This document shows positions 58,836 to 64,000 of a stretch of DNA of 64,000 nt, in pieces (the stretch's first letter is position 1; every line of letters starts with the position of its first letter). The notes under the pieces were generated by a model. It had not been told where the DNA came from and ran no database searches. It saw only the letters and a list, made by a program, of their open reading frames with translations. The position numbers were made by a program, and so were the translations under genes. The stretch is from Myxococcota bacterium (GTDB lineage Bacteria; Myxococcota_A; Polyangia; Nannocystales; Nannocystaceae), in assembly GCA_039028615.1 (NCBI GenBank), contig JBCCHT010000012.1, positions 160,001-224,000 on the forward strand. Direction: 5' to 3'.

Positions 58836-60677
58836 ATGTCCTCCGTGACTCGACACGCCCTAGCCATAATCACTGCACTCACCGGGCTTACGCTCCCGGC
58901 GCCGGCCCACGCCGGTGGAGCCAGCTTCGACCGGATTGCCGACGCGTTCGATCCCCAGCCCTGCGGCGGCAACGGCTGCTTCACCAACCACCTGCGCGTG
59001 ACCGATATCGACGGTGACGGCGACCTCGATGTGGTGATGGCCAACTACGCCGACTTCTTCGGGGGCGGCAACGCGCCCGAGCCCTTGCTCGTCTACACCA
59101 ACGACGGCAGCGGCAACCTGACCGACGACTCGGCCAATGCGGTCGGCAACTATGCCGGCAACCTGCGACAGATCGCGATCGGTGATGTGGACGGTGACGG
59201 CTCGCCCGATATCTATGGCAGCCAGGGCAACGGTGACGCGCACGTGCTGTTCATCAACGACGGCAGCGGAGCCTTCGCCGACGAGGCCGACGCTCGCCTC
59301 CCCGCCGACTATCCCGCGGGTGCGGCCGCGCGCATGGGCGACGTCGACAACGACGGCGACCTCGACATCTTTGCCGCCGATGCCTACGCCAGCAGCGGGC
59401 CTCCCTTCGGCCGCCTGTACATCAACGATGGCATGGGCGTGTTCACCGAGGCGATGGCCGCGATCCCCGACTCGATCTCCGGCATCGACATCGACGACGT
59501 GGAGTTCCTCGATGTCGACCGCGACTTCGACCTCGACCTCGTCGTCAATGCCCACGCCAACGGCATCGGAGCCCTGTGGCTCAACGACGGCGAGGGTGTG
59601 TTCACCGCGGGCGGCTCGCTGGCGCCTCCCGCCACGATGAACTTCCACTACAACATGGCGCCGTGCGACGTGGACGGCGACGGTGACCTCGACCTGTGGG
59701 TCGACAACATCGGCGGTGGCTTCACCGAGCAGCTGCAGATCAACGACGGCGCGGGCAACTTCACCGACGAGACCGCCGCCCGAGTCACGGGTAACCCCGC
59801 CGCCGACGACAACGGCGTCATCTGTGCCGACATCGACAACGACGGTGACTTCGACGGCGTGGTGCTCTCGCTGAGCTCCACCGAGCGCTTCCTCGTCAAC
59901 GACGGCAGCGGCAACTTCACCTTCGTCCAGGGCATGTTCCCGCAGCCCGACGACAACACGCTGTGGGGCGAGTTCGGCGATCTCGACGGCGACGGTCGCT
60001 TCGATCTGGTCACCGCGCAGGGCGAGGGCAACCCGCCCGACACCCACAACCAGGTCTACATCGCCAACGACCTGCTGCCCGAGGACTCGATCGCGCCGGT
60101 CATCATCGACGTCGAAGACCCGGGCATGGTGCCCGCGGGCGTCGAGGCCATCGTGCGCTTCGCGGTCAGCGACCGCACGGTGACCGACGAGGGGCCGCGG
60201 CTCGATCGCGCGTTCGCGGTCGTCGATCCCGACGGCGACGCCACCCCGGTCGACGCCTGGTTCATGGGCGGAGACGTCTTCCGCGTGGCGCTCCCGGGCG
60301 CCGACGAGGGCCCGGTGGAGTTCCAGGTCTGCGCCGAGGATCGCAACGCCAACCTCGGCTGCTCGGAGACCCAGACCTACGACATCGGCGGTGAGCCGCC
60401 GGGCGAGACCGGCGACGAGTCCACCGGTGGCGGGGGTGTCGACGACACGATCGGCGGCAGCGACCCCACCGAGACCATGTCGGCGACGGGCAACGGCAGC
60501 AACGCCGGCTCGGACGGCACCGGCTCGGGCAGCACCGAGACCGAGACCGAGACCGCCGGGGCGGGTGACGACGGCGGCAGCGGCTGCTCCTGCACCCAGG
60601 ACCCCAACGGTAGCGGCTTCGGCTGGATGGCGCTGGGCCTGCTCGGTCTGGGCGCGCTTCGTCGTCGACGCGACTGA
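58836..60677 (+). CDS. FG-GAP/VCBS-repeat protein with MYXO-CTERM sorting signal
   Basis: Signal peptide; seven DxDxDGDxD-type repeats with NDG.G.F; C-terminal GCSC...WMALGLLGLGALRRRRD. Confidence 0.9.
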   Translation: MSSVTRHALAIITALTGLTLPAPAHAGGASFDRIADAFDPQPCGGNGCFTNHLRVTDIDGDGDLDVVMANYADFFGGGNAPEPLLVYTNDGSGNLTDDSANAVGNYAGNLRQIAIGDVDGDGSPDIYGSQGNGDAHVLFINDGSGAFADEADARLPADYPAGAAARMGDVDNDGDLDIFAADAYASSGPPFGRLYINDGMGVFTEAMAAIPDSISGIDIDDVEFLDVDRDFDLDLVVNAHANGIGALWLNDGEGVFTAGGSLAPPATMNFHYNMAPCDVDGDGDLDLWVDNIGGGFTEQLQINDGAGNFTDETAARVTGNPAADDNGVICADIDNDGDFDGVVLSLSSTERFLVNDGSGNFTFVQGMFPQPDDNTLWGEFGDLDGDGRFDLVTAQGEGNPPDTHNQVYIANDLLPEDSIAPVIIDVEDPGMVPAGVEAIVRFAVSDRTVTDEGPRLDRAFAVVDPDGDATPVDAWFMGGDVFRVALPGADEGPVEFQVCAEDRNANLGCSETQTYDIGGEPPGETGDESTGGGGVDDTIGGSDPTETMSATGNGSNAGSDGTGSGSTETETETAGAGDDGGSGCSCTQDPNGSGFGWMALGLLGLGALRRRRD

Positions 60678-60738
60678 GCTGTCGCTCGGCACCGACCTGC
60701 GGCCAGGTCTTCGCCTTCGGGCGAGGCCTGGCCGTCGT

Positions 60739-63159
<2,421 letters not shown>

Positions 63160-63249
63160 GCAGCTGCGGAGTCTACCAAGCCCCATCCGAGGGGACCATG
63201 CGGCCGGCCAGCTCCGACCCGAACGCCCGGCCATGACATACTGAGCCCG

Positions 63250-64000
<751 letters not shown>

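Overview
High-GC bacterial DNA, very likely a myxobacterium (Nannocystaceae-like). This is inferred from a MYXO-CTERM tail, six Hanks-type Ser/Thr kinases, two ECF sigma factors and about 12 lipoproteins, many Cys-rich. No rRNA, tRNA, CRISPR array or transposase was recognised. The left ~29.6 kb is an accessory signalling and conflict region. It holds a translationally coupled ECF sigma / membrane anti-sigma-like / TPR-CHAT (caspase-like) protease operon facing a TPR kinase, a tandem-kinase operon, a 12-CxxCH cytochrome (decaheme domain fused to a RoxA/CCP-like diheme domain), a second ECF-kinase pair, and a LysM-PGBD plus IPT-repeat phospholipase D cluster. The right part is more housekeeping-like: FkbM and GT4 glycosylation genes, mobA, fdhD, a PNGase F-like/fibro-slime lipoprotein, a DUF1501 pair, kbl with an SDR-type threonine dehydrogenase, a TerB-fused eukaryote-like PPP phosphatase, a tandem-duplicated mini-lipoprotein, sppA, an FG-GAP MYXO-CTERM protein and a truncated Suv3-like helicase. 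All calls come from reading motifs by eye; no database search was run, and start codons are best estimates.
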